A stretch of 64,000 nt of DNA from Spirochaetia bacterium (GTDB lineage Bacteria > Spirochaetota > Spirochaetia > CAKZLE01), in contig OY782041.1 in NCBI GenBank assembly GCA_963677595.1, positions 2,080,001-2,144,000 of the forward strand, given 5' to 3'. Of the stretch, positions 9,902-18,316 are shown in pieces. Positions within the stretch are counted from its first letter, which is position 1; every line of letters begins with the position of its first letter. The position numbers and the translations under genes are program-made. A model generated the notes under the pieces. The model ran no database searches. It was given only the letters and a program-made list of their open reading frames with translations, and had not been told where the DNA came from.

Positions 9902-10881
9902 ATATGAGCAGAAATCTAGTAAGAGGTATGCTGGCCGCGGCTGTGATCCTGGTCATGCTGGGCTGTGAGACGACCAGGCAGCCAGAAGAAGTAGTGCCGG
10001 CAGAATCTGTGGTCGTGGTCCCTGACCCGATCCCGGCAAGCCCTGAGCTGGTCGTCATCAACGAGGCGGCCTCCATCGGTGATTATGAGTTCATCGAGCT
10101 CTTCAGCCTCTCTGAGGCCCCGCTGGTCTTCTCAGACGGCTGGGTCCTCTCCGATGACGGGAAGGGATACGAGGACGGGGATATCCCCTTCGTCATCCCC
10201 GAGGGGACTGAGATGGCTCCCTACGGCTACCTGCTGATCTGTCCCTTCTCTGCCGAGGATGCCAAGAGTGTGCTCAATGACAAGGACCTGCCCGCGGATG
10301 CCCTCTGTGACATCTCCTTTTCCCTTGGGGACAGCGACTCAGTGACCCTCTACTACGGCACTATGGTCGTAGACTCCCTCTCCTGGACGAGCGATGTAAA
10401 CTCCGCCGGGCGGGTCGAGGACGGGTTCCCGGAACTGAGCACGATGCTCAGGCCTACCCCCGGCAGGGCAAACCGGCCTGAGGGGATCGATGACGATACC
10501 GGCATCCTGATCAACGAGATCTGTTCGAAAGGGGATGACTATGTGGAGCTCATCAACGCCGGCACGAAAGCCTTTACCTTCCAGCCGAACTCCTGGTATC
10601 TCGAGGATGCGAGGAAGAAGCGGGACATCATGATAGCCGGGGGGCTGAGGCTCAAACCGGGGGAAGTGCATCTCATCTACACCGGGCAGGCTGCCGATCC
10701 TCTGAAGCTCGGGAGTGCCGATACCGTCATCCTGCGTCATGGGGATGATATGGTCGACTGGTACGCATGGAGCGAGCATGTGGAGAGTATCGGCCGGGAT
10801 CCCGATGACGTTGGGACCTGGACCGTGATGGCAAAGACCCCTGGTGAGACGAATACGACAGCTGCCACGGAGACTGAGTGA
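9898..10881 (+). CDS. Lipoprotein with two lamin-tail domains (paralog of 6309..7241)
   Basis: Lipobox MLGC; VINEAASIGDYEFIEL and LINEICSKGDDYVEL repeats, each ending TPG..N. Confidence 0.8.
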   Translation: MNMSRNLVRGMLAAAVILVMLGCETTRQPEEVVPAESVVVVPDPIPASPELVVINEAASIGDYEFIELFSLSEAPLVFSDGWVLSDDGKGYEDGDIPFVIPEGTEMAPYGYLLICPFSAEDAKSVLNDKDLPADALCDISFSLGDSDSVTLYYGTMVVDSLSWTSDVNSAGRVEDGFPELSTMLRPTPGRANRPEGIDDDTGILINEICSKGDDYVELINAGTKAFTFQPNSWYLEDARKKRDIMIAGGLRLKPGEVHLIYTGQAADPLKLGSADTVILRHGDDMVDWYAWSEHVESIGRDPDDVGTWTVMAKTPGETNTTAATETE

Positions 10882-11496
10882 TCAATCCCGCCCCTCATAG
10901 TGCTGGACATAGTAGGGATACCTGTTCGCGTCATAGATGACCTCGATCACGGCGGTGTCACGAAGGAAGTTGATGCCGCCGATCTTCACGTCGAGGATCT
11001 CGATGCCCAGGCGTTCTTCCAGGTCCTTGATCAATGCTTCCCTATGCTCCGGCCTGATCAGATCGATCTTCTCATACCGTACGGTAAAATTCCCATGCAT
11101 CCGCTTGAACCAGAAGAGCTCGAGGATGAAGGCGCACAGGAGGATGATGGCATTGACCATGAGGATGATCCAGGTCTGGTAGCCCACTGAGGTGAGGGAG
11201 TTGATCACCGAGAGGGTGATCGACAGGAAGAGATAGGTCATCTCCCGTACCTGTACCGGCAGGGTTCGGTAGCGCATGATGCCGAAGATGGCGAAGAGTC
11301 CCAGTGCCAGGCCGAGCTCCATGTTGATGCTCGAGAGCAGGTAGCAGAGGAAGAAGACCGTCATGCCGACGATGATGTAGGTGAAGACGAACTCCTTCTT
11401 CTTCGACCTCGGGTAGTAGAGGAAGCCTGCGGTGATGATGAGCATGGCGACAGTGATGATGAACCTGATGATCAGGTCTAATATGGCTCCGTTCAT
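10882..11496 (-). CDS. DUF4956 family membrane protein
   Basis: TM helices; signature LGLALGLFAIFGIMRYRT...EMTYLF. Coupled to the VTC gene by ATGA overlap. Confidence 0.88.
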   Translation of the reverse strand: MNGAILDLIIRFIITVAMLIITAGFLYYPRSKKKEFVFTYIIVGMTVFFLCYLLSSINMELGLALGLFAIFGIMRYRTLPVQVREMTYLFLSITLSVINSLTSVGYQTWIILMVNAIILLCAFILELFWFKRMHGNFTVRYEKIDLIRPEHREALIKDLEERLGIEILDVKIGGINFLRDTAVIEVIYDANRYPYYVQHYEGRD

Positions 11497-12281
11497 GATG
11501 ATAACCTCTCTATGAGCATGAGATGCTGCTTGAAATTGTTGTATTTCAGCTTCGGGTCCAGCGAGGCTGAACCGAGGCAGTACTTGCTGAAGGACCCGGC
11601 ATGGATCCCATGGCGTTTAAGTATCTGGCTGAACCCCAGGTGGGGGACCGGCCCCTGGTGCTTGATCTCCGCGATCACGAGACCGGGCACTGAACGGGAG
11701 CTCCTCCCGTCAGCATACTCGAGCATCGTGTCGATGGTGATGCGCTCCTCCCGGTTCGCGTGGACCAGGGTGATACGGGAGAAATCGACCCTGACGGCGA
11801 AAGCGAAGTCGGCAAAGTGGTAGGGGGTACAGCCGGAGACCAGCGCCTCGATCCTGGTAACAGCTTCCGGGTCCTCAAGGCAGGCTGCTATCCCGGTATA
11901 GCCCGTCAGCGGGATGCGCTGCTTGTTCGTCTTCCCCTTGTATTTCTCCTTGACCTCAGCGAAGATGAGGTCGAACCCCGTATAGGAGCGGATCCTGAAC
12001 TTGTACCGGTGTGACTTCCCATTATGGTGGGCCTTGTACAGGGCCTTGTCCGGGGTGTCGTAATACCAGGTCTCATAGGGGAAGAGCTGCCATCCCGCCT
12101 CTGTCGTGACCATATACTCCTCCCGGCAGCTGGAAAGGACTCCCTGCAGTTCTGAGAAGGGGAAGGTGTACTTGGTGTCATACCGGTCGAGCAGCTGGAT
12201 GGAGCTCGTCTCCTTCAGGGAGATGGTCTCGAACCCCTCAAGGAAGCCGGTGATGACTGATCCGGTGATCTCTTCGCTCAT
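11493..12281 (-). CDS. VTC-domain (polyphosphate polymerase-like, triphosphate tunnel fold) protein
   Basis: RYDTKY, YYDTP, RYKFRIRSY, EVKEK, ERITID, IAEIK and FSKYCLG motifs. Confidence 0.88.
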   Translation of the reverse strand: MSEEITGSVITGFLEGFETISLKETSSIQLLDRYDTKYTFPFSELQGVLSSCREEYMVTTEAGWQLFPYETWYYDTPDKALYKAHHNGKSHRYKFRIRSYTGFDLIFAEVKEKYKGKTNKQRIPLTGYTGIAACLEDPEAVTRIEALVSGCTPYHFADFAFAVRVDFSRITLVHANREERITIDTMLEYADGRSSRSVPGLVIAEIKHQGPVPHLGFSQILKRHGIHAGSFSKYCLGSASLDPKLKYNNFKQHLMLIERLSS

Positions 12282-12418
12282 CTATACCTCGCCCCTCTAG
12301 AGTACCATGGGCTGATTTCAAAAATCAAAAGATATATTCCCTGTTCGTGTCGATTTCTTGTGAATCACGCCGGGATAAGAAAAAACTGAAAAAAGTTAAT
12401 CCATATTAATAAAGATTA

Positions 12419-12447
12419 TTGACATGAAAACCAACTAGTGTTAGTCT
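12419..12447 (+). promoter_or_regulatory. sigma70-type promoter of feo operon
   Basis: TTGACA (12419-24), 17-bp spacer, extended -10 TGtTAGTCT (12442-47). Confidence 0.7.
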
Positions 12448-12476
12448 GGTATCACAAAGTTAGAAAGGTATAACTT
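12439..12476. promoter_or_regulatory. Tandem DtxR/MntR-type operator boxes
   Basis: AAGTTA-N8-TAACTT palindrome (12457-76) plus related TGTTAGTCTGGTATCACA (12439-56) over the -10. A DtxR-family gene follows feoB. Confidence 0.65.
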
Positions 12477-12489
12477 CAGGAGATGAGAT

Positions 12490-12780
12490 ATGAGTTTCAG
12501 AGGACGAATGAGAAGAAGGCATGGGATGTGCGGCGCCCATCACCAGGGGCACTGCTGCAGGCTCGAGCATCTGGGTCCGGGTGCCCGGGCGGTGATCGAG
12601 ACGCTCACCTGTCAGGGAGGCTCGAAGCGGAAGCTCCTCTCCCTCGGCATGATCCCCGGGAAAGAGGTGACCTGCCTGCGGGGAGCAGGGGGCAGCGGGC
12701 TCTGTGTACGGGTCGGGACGAGCGAGTTCTTCATCAACAGCGATATGGCAAGACAGATCCAAGTGAGGTATGTATCATGA
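12490..12780 (+). CDS. feoA: FeoA family protein with His/Cys-rich N-terminus
   Basis: KRKLLSLGMIPGKEV FeoA motif; RBS AGGAG. Confidence 0.8.
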   Translation: MSFRGRMRRRHGMCGAHHQGHCCRLEHLGPGARAVIETLTCQGGSKRKLLSLGMIPGKEVTCLRGAGGSGLCVRVGTSEFFINSDMARQIQVRYVS

Positions 12781-13013
12781 TCAGGAATATAGTGGATATG
12801 AACCCGGGGGACATCGCGGTGGTCACGGGATTCCAGGCACGGGGCGGGAGCTACCGGAGGAAACTCCTCTCGATGGGTGTCACGAGAGGTGTGAAGATCG
12901 AGTTCATCAAGGCAGCCCCGCTGGGAGACCCGGTGGAGATCAGGGTGCGAGGCTATTCCCTCAGCCTGCGAAAGGAAGAGGCTGCGGTCCTCGAACTCGG
13001 GGAGGGTGCATGA
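12777..13013 (+). CDS. feoA: FeoA family protein
   Basis: RRKLLSMGVTRG...APLGDPVEIRVRGYSLSLRKEEA; start at ATGA overlap. Confidence 0.92.
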   Translation: MIRNIVDMNPGDIAVVTGFQARGGSYRRKLLSMGVTRGVKIEFIKAAPLGDPVEIRVRGYSLSLRKEEAAVLELGEGA

Positions 13014-15307
13014 TGGGTAAAGATAACCATGGTATTCGCCTGGCCCTGGCTGGGAACCCGAACTGCGGGAAGACCACGATCTTCAACGCCTTCACCGGCA
13101 GCGACCAGCGGGTGGGCAACTGGCCCGGGGTCACGGTCGAGAAGAAGGAGGGGCACTTCTCCTTCGATACGATCTCAGGCTCAGTGATCGACCTGCCCGG
13201 TATCTACTCGCTCAACCCCGATTCCTCCGATGAGGTCGTCTCGAGGAAGTACCTCTGCTCTACCGATTATGACCTGGTGGTCAATGTCGTGGACGCATCG
13301 AACCTCGAGCGCAACCTCTACCTGACGACCCAGCTGCGGGAGATGGACATCCCGGTAGTCGTGGTGCTCAACAAGGGTGACCTGGCACGGAAGAACGGGT
13401 ACACCGTCAATACTGAGGAGCTGGCAAGGGCATTGGATGCCCCGGTGATCCCGATCAGCGCGGTCGTCGAGGAGGACCTGGTATCGCTGGAGAAGGAGCT
13501 CGAGAGGATCCTATCGACCCGTAACCGGCTGGACGGGCGTTTCTCGGTCTCCTATCCTGCGGCAGTCGAGCAGTTCGTGAAGTCTTTCACGGTCCCGGCA
13601 GCTGCCTCTGAGGAGGAGCGGCATATTGGGAAACGGGCACTGGCCCTCTCCCTGCTCGAGCGGGACCCCGTGGTCTCCGCGCTGCTCTCTCACCATGGGT
13701 TAGATATGACCACCCTGGAAGAGGATATCCAAGCCGTGGAGAAGGCCTGCGGCGATGACCTCGATATCATCCTGGCTGAGAGTCGGTATGCACGGATCGC
13801 CGAGCTCCAGGGTGCGATCGTGAACACCGGGACGCAGGAGAAGAAGTTCGACCTGGACAGGGTGATCATGCACCGCTTCTGGGGTGTCCCGATCTTCTTC
13901 GGGGTCATGTACCTGATGTTCGTCATCACCATGACGCTCGGCGGAGCCTTCATCGACTTCTTCGATATCTTCGCCGGCACGATCTTCGTCGACGGGTTCG
14001 GGACCCTGCTCACGTCGGTAGGGTCTCCCGACTGGCTCACGACCTTCCTGGCGGGAGGGATCGGCGGCGGTATCCAGACGATCGCCACCTTCATCCCCCC
14101 GATCTTCTTCATGTTCCTCATGCTCGGCATCCTCGAGGACTCCGGGTACATGGCTCGGGCAGCCTTCGTCATGGACCGCTTCATGCGGTTCGTGGGACTG
14201 CCGGGGAAGGCTTTCATCCCGATGCTCGTCGGCTTCGGCTGTACGGTACCCGCCATCATGGCGACCCGGACGCTCGAGAACAAGCGGGACCGTTTTCTCG
14301 CGATCTTCATGACCCCGTTCATGTCCTGCGGGGCAAGGCTCCCCGTGTACGCGCTCTTCGCTGCGGCATTCTTCGGGGCCAGGGCAGGTTCGGTCGTCTT
14401 CTCGATCTACATGGTCGGGATCATCCTGGCGATCCTTACCGGACTGCTACTGAAGAGTACGCTCTTCAAGGGGGATTTTTCTCCTTTCATCATGGAGCTG
14501 CCTGAGTATAACAGGCCGCACCTGCTGAAATCGGTGAAGTACGGCTGGGACCGGCTGAAGATCTTCATGGTCAGGGCTGGGAAGGTCATCGTCGTCGTAG
14601 TCGTGATCCTCACCGTACTCGGGAGTGTCGGGACCGACGGTTCCTTCGGCAATGAGGACACAGATTCATCCATCCTCTCGGTCATCGGGAAGGGGATCAC
14701 ACCTATCTTCACCCCAATGGGCGTCAGGGAGGAGAATTGGCCTGCGACCGTGGGGCTCTTCACCGGGATCTTCGCGAAGGAGGCAGTGGTCGGGACCTTG
14801 AACACGCTCTATTCAGCAGGCGAGGAGCCGGCGGAGGAAGAGGCCTTCGAGTTCTTCCCCTCGCTCTGGAGCGCCTTCACCGTCCTTGGTGAGAACCTCC
14901 TCGGCGTCTTCTCCGGGGCTGCTGACCCGCTCGGGCTTGGGATCGTGGAGGGCGATGAAGCGAACGTCGCTGCATCAGTTGAGGCAGATGCGGTCGTCTT
15001 CCAGCGGCTGCGGGAGAACTTCACCCCTGTCTCAGGCTATGCCTACATGCTCTTCATCCTGATCTATTTCCCTTGTGTCGCCGTACTTGGGGCGGTCTTC
15101 AGGGAAGCAGGCAGTTTCTACGGGACGCTGCAGGCGATCTACCTCACACTCCTGGCTTGGGTGGTGTCAGTGCTCTTTTATCAGATCGGGGAGGGTCATT
15201 CCCCCGTCTGGATCTCTACGGCGGTGGCGATAGCCCTGGGAATATTCTTGAGCCTGAAGCTTCTCGGCAGGAGGGAGAAGAAGATCCTCGCATCCAGTTA
15301 TCTGTAG
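13010..15307 (+). CDS. feoB: Ferrous iron transporter FeoB
   Basis: GNPNCGKT, VGNWPGVTVEKK, DLPG and NKGD G-domain motifs; membrane domain with GFGCTVPA and FMSCGARLP. Confidence 0.96.
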   Translation: MMGKDNHGIRLALAGNPNCGKTTIFNAFTGSDQRVGNWPGVTVEKKEGHFSFDTISGSVIDLPGIYSLNPDSSDEVVSRKYLCSTDYDLVVNVVDASNLERNLYLTTQLREMDIPVVVVLNKGDLARKNGYTVNTEELARALDAPVIPISAVVEEDLVSLEKELERILSTRNRLDGRFSVSYPAAVEQFVKSFTVPAAASEEERHIGKRALALSLLERDPVVSALLSHHGLDMTTLEEDIQAVEKACGDDLDIILAESRYARIAELQGAIVNTGTQEKKFDLDRVIMHRFWGVPIFFGVMYLMFVITMTLGGAFIDFFDIFAGTIFVDGFGTLLTSVGSPDWLTTFLAGGIGGGIQTIATFIPPIFFMFLMLGILEDSGYMARAAFVMDRFMRFVGLPGKAFIPMLVGFGCTVPAIMATRTLENKRDRFLAIFMTPFMSCGARLPVYALFAAAFFGARAGSVVFSIYMVGIILAILTGLLLKSTLFKGDFSPFIMELPEYNRPHLLKSVKYGWDRLKIFMVRAGKVIVVVVVILTVLGSVGTDGSFGNEDTDSSILSVIGKGITPIFTPMGVREENWPATVGLFTGIFAKEAVVGTLNTLYSAGEEPAEEEAFEFFPSLWSAFTVLGENLLGVFSGAADPLGLGIVEGDEANVAASVEADAVVFQRLRENFTPVSGYAYMLFILIYFPCVAVLGAVFREAGSFYGTLQAIYLTLLAWVVSVLFYQIGEGHSPVWISTAVAIALGIFLSLKLLGRREKKILASSYL

Positions 15308-15338
15308 GAAAAAAGAATAGTATCGTATATGTGTATCT

Positions 15339-15370
15339 GGCCTGGCAGGTAGAGCCGTACCTGCCAGGCC
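15339..15370 (+). terminator. Stem-loop after feoB
   Basis: 13-bp perfect stem GGCCTGGCAGGTA/TACCTGCCAGGCC; short T tail. Confidence 0.6.
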
Positions 15371-15419
15371 GTTTCGGTTATGGATAGAGATCCGATTCTA
15401 TGCTACAGTATGGACAGGT

Positions 15420-16106
15420 ATGACAGTATTGGAATTAGCCCGGCGGTACCCGACGGCGGCAGAGTACATCTCCCAGATCTATCTCATTATAAGAGACTAC
15501 AGCTACTGCAGCAACAGGAGGCTGGCTGAGTTCATCGGGGTCTCTCCCTCGGCAGTGACCCAATCCGCCTCCCGGCTGAAGAAGCTCGGTCTCACCGACC
15601 AGGACAAGTACGGGATGATCAGCCTGACTGAAGAGGGAACTACCCTTGCGGAGCAGATCCTGAAGCGGCATTACCTCCTCGAGTACCTGATGGTCAGGGA
15701 ACTCGGTTTCCCCTGGGACCTGGCAGACAAGGAGGCTGAACACCTCCAGGACAAGATATCATCGGCGTTCCTCGACCACCTCTGCAGCAGGCTCGGGAAT
15801 CCCGACCGATGTCCTCATGGGAATCCCTTCCCGGGGAACCCCCAAAGCAGTGCCATCCTCTCCGCGAAAGGACTCGACCAGTTCAATGCCGGGGACAGGA
15901 TCCGGGTCGTTCGGATCACCGAGGAAGGTGAACGGATCGAAGGCCTGCTCCACCACTGTTATGTGAACCAGGTCATGCCTGACAGCCTCTATACCATAGG
16001 GGATAGGACGAAGACTGAGGTCATCCTGCTCGGGAACGACGATACCACGGTTACCCTGCCCCTGGAATTCATCAGGTTCATAAAGGTCGAGCCGGTACAG
16101 CTATAA
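15420..16106 (+). CDS. DtxR/IdeR/MntR family metal-dependent repressor
   Basis: EY..., GVSPSAVT HTH, RHYLLE, EAEHLQD, PDRCPHGNPFP; FeoA-like C-terminal domain. Confidence 0.9.
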   Translation: MTVLELARRYPTAAEYISQIYLIIRDYSYCSNRRLAEFIGVSPSAVTQSASRLKKLGLTDQDKYGMISLTEEGTTLAEQILKRHYLLEYLMVRELGFPWDLADKEAEHLQDKISSAFLDHLCSRLGNPDRCPHGNPFPGNPQSSAILSAKGLDQFNAGDRIRVVRITEEGERIEGLLHHCYVNQVMPDSLYTIGDRTKTEVILLGNDDTTVTLPLEFIRFIKVEPVQL

Positions 16107-16245
16107 CTGAAAACTGACAGAAGTACCCTATCTCCCAACGATGGAATATGCTACGGTTAGATATAGACAGGTTGTTACATATTGGGAGCCTGTTTGTTAG
16201 TAGTAGTGTATACCTGTGAATCGACAAAGGGACTGGGAGAGGGAC

Positions 16246-17838
16246 ATGAGAAGAATCTTAATGGTAGCATTTTTGTGTGTTACGGCTATATTTTTATTAA
16301 GCCTATCATCATGCGATCTTTTATTTGGCAGCAAACTTACCCCTGAACCGGAGAAGGAATGGACGATCATGGTCTGGATGGATGGGGATAACAGTCTTGC
16401 TTCTGAAGCAGTTTATGACTTCCATGAGATGGAGTACGGGCTGATGCTGGCACAGCAGACTGATCCGGATATCTTGGATGACCTTAGTGTGATCGTCCAG
16501 TTCGACCATCTAACCAATGATAAGGATTACGAAGGGATCTATAAGGTCCTGCCTTCATCCACTTCTGCAAGTTCGACTAGCAGTGCCTTGCCCCTGAACA
16601 ATAAGAGAATAGCATTCTCAGCAGACCCGAATATGGGATCTGCAGAAGAACTGGCGAACTTCATCGATACGGTGAAGTACTATTTTCCCGCAAAGAAGTA
16701 CGCCCTCATCCTCTGGAACCATGGTGGGGGAGTCAGATCGATCAAGGAAGACAATGCACCTGCACGGGCCATCTGCTGGGATGACGGTAATGATGAAGAT
16801 GCATTGTATATCGGGGAGATCAAGGATAATCTGACATCAGATCATAGTGTCGACTTCCTCGGTATGGATGCCTGCCTGATGGGCTTCCTGGAAGTAGCCT
16901 ATGAGTTCAGGCCTGGTACCAATGATTTCGGTGCTGATGCGATCTCCTTCTCTCCGGCAACGGAGCAGGGCGACGGCTGGGAGTATCACAGAATTCTTAA
17001 CAGGTTAGGGGGGGCAGGTAATCAGGAAAATCTGACGGATTATGATGATGGGCATCCGGGTGTCGTTGATGACTGTGTGAATATCGAGACCCTCACTGCT
17101 AACCAGTTTGCCGGGATCGTGGCAAAAGAGTACAAGGATGCGTTCTCTAATGACAGCTGGGAGACACAGACGGCGTTGGACTTGACACAGATCGCGGCAG
17201 TGAAGAGTGCGGTTGACAGTTTTGCTGCTGAGTTGGTTCCTTATAAAACAGAAGTTGAAGATATCAGGGGGTATGTTTCAGATCACTCAATGAATCTGAT
17301 GGCATACTTTAATGAGAGTGATTCCTATTCCTCAAGTATTGATTCGGATGCCAACGAATGGCTGGATTACGCAGGTTTCGATCTCTATGAGTTGGCAGAG
17401 CAGGTTGGATTGGCTGATTTGGATTCAAACGTCAATTCAGCAGCATCCGCTCTGAAGACAGCTGTTGATGATGCGATCATCTATTCCTGGGCTGAGTCTA
17501 GCTATACTGGCTATGGTACAGGGGTCGAATCCGGTAAGAACGGATTGGCGATCTTCTTCCCTGACGGGAATGCGACTTATCAAACAACAGCTAATACCTA
17601 CTGGTATTACCAGGATTGGTATAACGGTGTCGATCATGATGCCTATGTCGATTGGTGGCAGAATGATCTTTTAGCGTCTGGAGAGCCTCAATATGGTGCC
17701 CTCGATTTCTGTACCAGTGATGGAGATGGGACGGTAGAATCCTGGTTCGAGCTGCTACAGTACTGGTATAATCCAAGTACAACACCGGTAGTTGAGAATA
17801 CTACATTTAATGATTACAATCCCAGTTTTTTGGAATAA
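16246..17838 (+). CDS. Clostripain-like cysteine peptidase (C11) lipoprotein
   Basis: Lipobox LSSC; WTIMVWMDGDN; catalytic WNHGGG (His) and DACLMG (Cys). Confidence 0.9.
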   Translation: MRRILMVAFLCVTAIFLLSLSSCDLLFGSKLTPEPEKEWTIMVWMDGDNSLASEAVYDFHEMEYGLMLAQQTDPDILDDLSVIVQFDHLTNDKDYEGIYKVLPSSTSASSTSSALPLNNKRIAFSADPNMGSAEELANFIDTVKYYFPAKKYALILWNHGGGVRSIKEDNAPARAICWDDGNDEDALYIGEIKDNLTSDHSVDFLGMDACLMGFLEVAYEFRPGTNDFGADAISFSPATEQGDGWEYHRILNRLGGAGNQENLTDYDDGHPGVVDDCVNIETLTANQFAGIVAKEYKDAFSNDSWETQTALDLTQIAAVKSAVDSFAAELVPYKTEVEDIRGYVSDHSMNLMAYFNESDSYSSSIDSDANEWLDYAGFDLYELAEQVGLADLDSNVNSAASALKTAVDDAIIYSWAESSYTGYGTGVESGKNGLAIFFPDGNATYQTTANTYWYYQDWYNGVDHDAYVDWWQNDLLASGEPQYGALDFCTSDGDGTVESWFELLQYWYNPSTTPVVENTTFNDYNPSFLE

Positions 17839-17850
17839 GAGGAATCATAT

Positions 17851-18246
17851 ATGAAAAGAGTATTAGGCTTATTAATGATAGCAGGATTAGCACTGATGCT
17901 GTTTACTTCCTGCGCCACCCCGATTTACGCTGCAGGGCAGCAGGAGGTCCCTGTGAGTGATGCCCCGGTCGTCAAGAAGGGGGAGATCTCAGCGCTTCCC
18001 TCGGTCGTATCCCTCAGGGCATTGGTTGAGATCACTGCTGCCGGCGGGGTCTTCCTGGTCGATGATTGGGATTCGAAGAGCAAGAAATCGTACCAGGTCG
18101 TCGGTGATATGGCCAATTTCTTACTCAACTTCAGGGGAGAGGTCGTCGATACCGATGTCATCTTCCTGGAGAGGACGACCTGGAGCGGGTCAGTGGTGAT
18201 CGTTAACCTCAGGCTTCCGGGGAGTAACACCTCGACCATCAAGTAA
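17851..18246 (+). CDS. Hypothetical lipoprotein
   Basis: Lipobox FTSC, RBS GAGG, 12 bp after the peptidase gene. Confidence 0.7.
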   Translation: MKRVLGLLMIAGLALMLFTSCATPIYAAGQQEVPVSDAPVVKKGEISALPSVVSLRALVEITAAGGVFLVDDWDSKSKKSYQVVGDMANFLLNFRGEVVDTDVIFLERTTWSGSVVIVNLRLPGSNTSTIK

Positions 18247-18267
18247 CATGATACTGCAGCATACAGA

Positions 18268-18289
18268 GAGGGTCCCGTTCGGGACCCTC
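18268..18289. terminator. Hairpin between convergent genes
   Basis: GAGGGTCCC-GTTC-GGGACCCTC. Confidence 0.6.
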
Positions 18290-18316
18290 AGCTGTTTCTC
18301 GTGAGTCATTCCGATC

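Noticed and set aside
12770-13009. Extended feoB start and the 176-aa ORF at 12483
   Set aside because: Overlap the two feoA genes in other frames; ATGA-coupled starts at 12777 and 13010 fit better.
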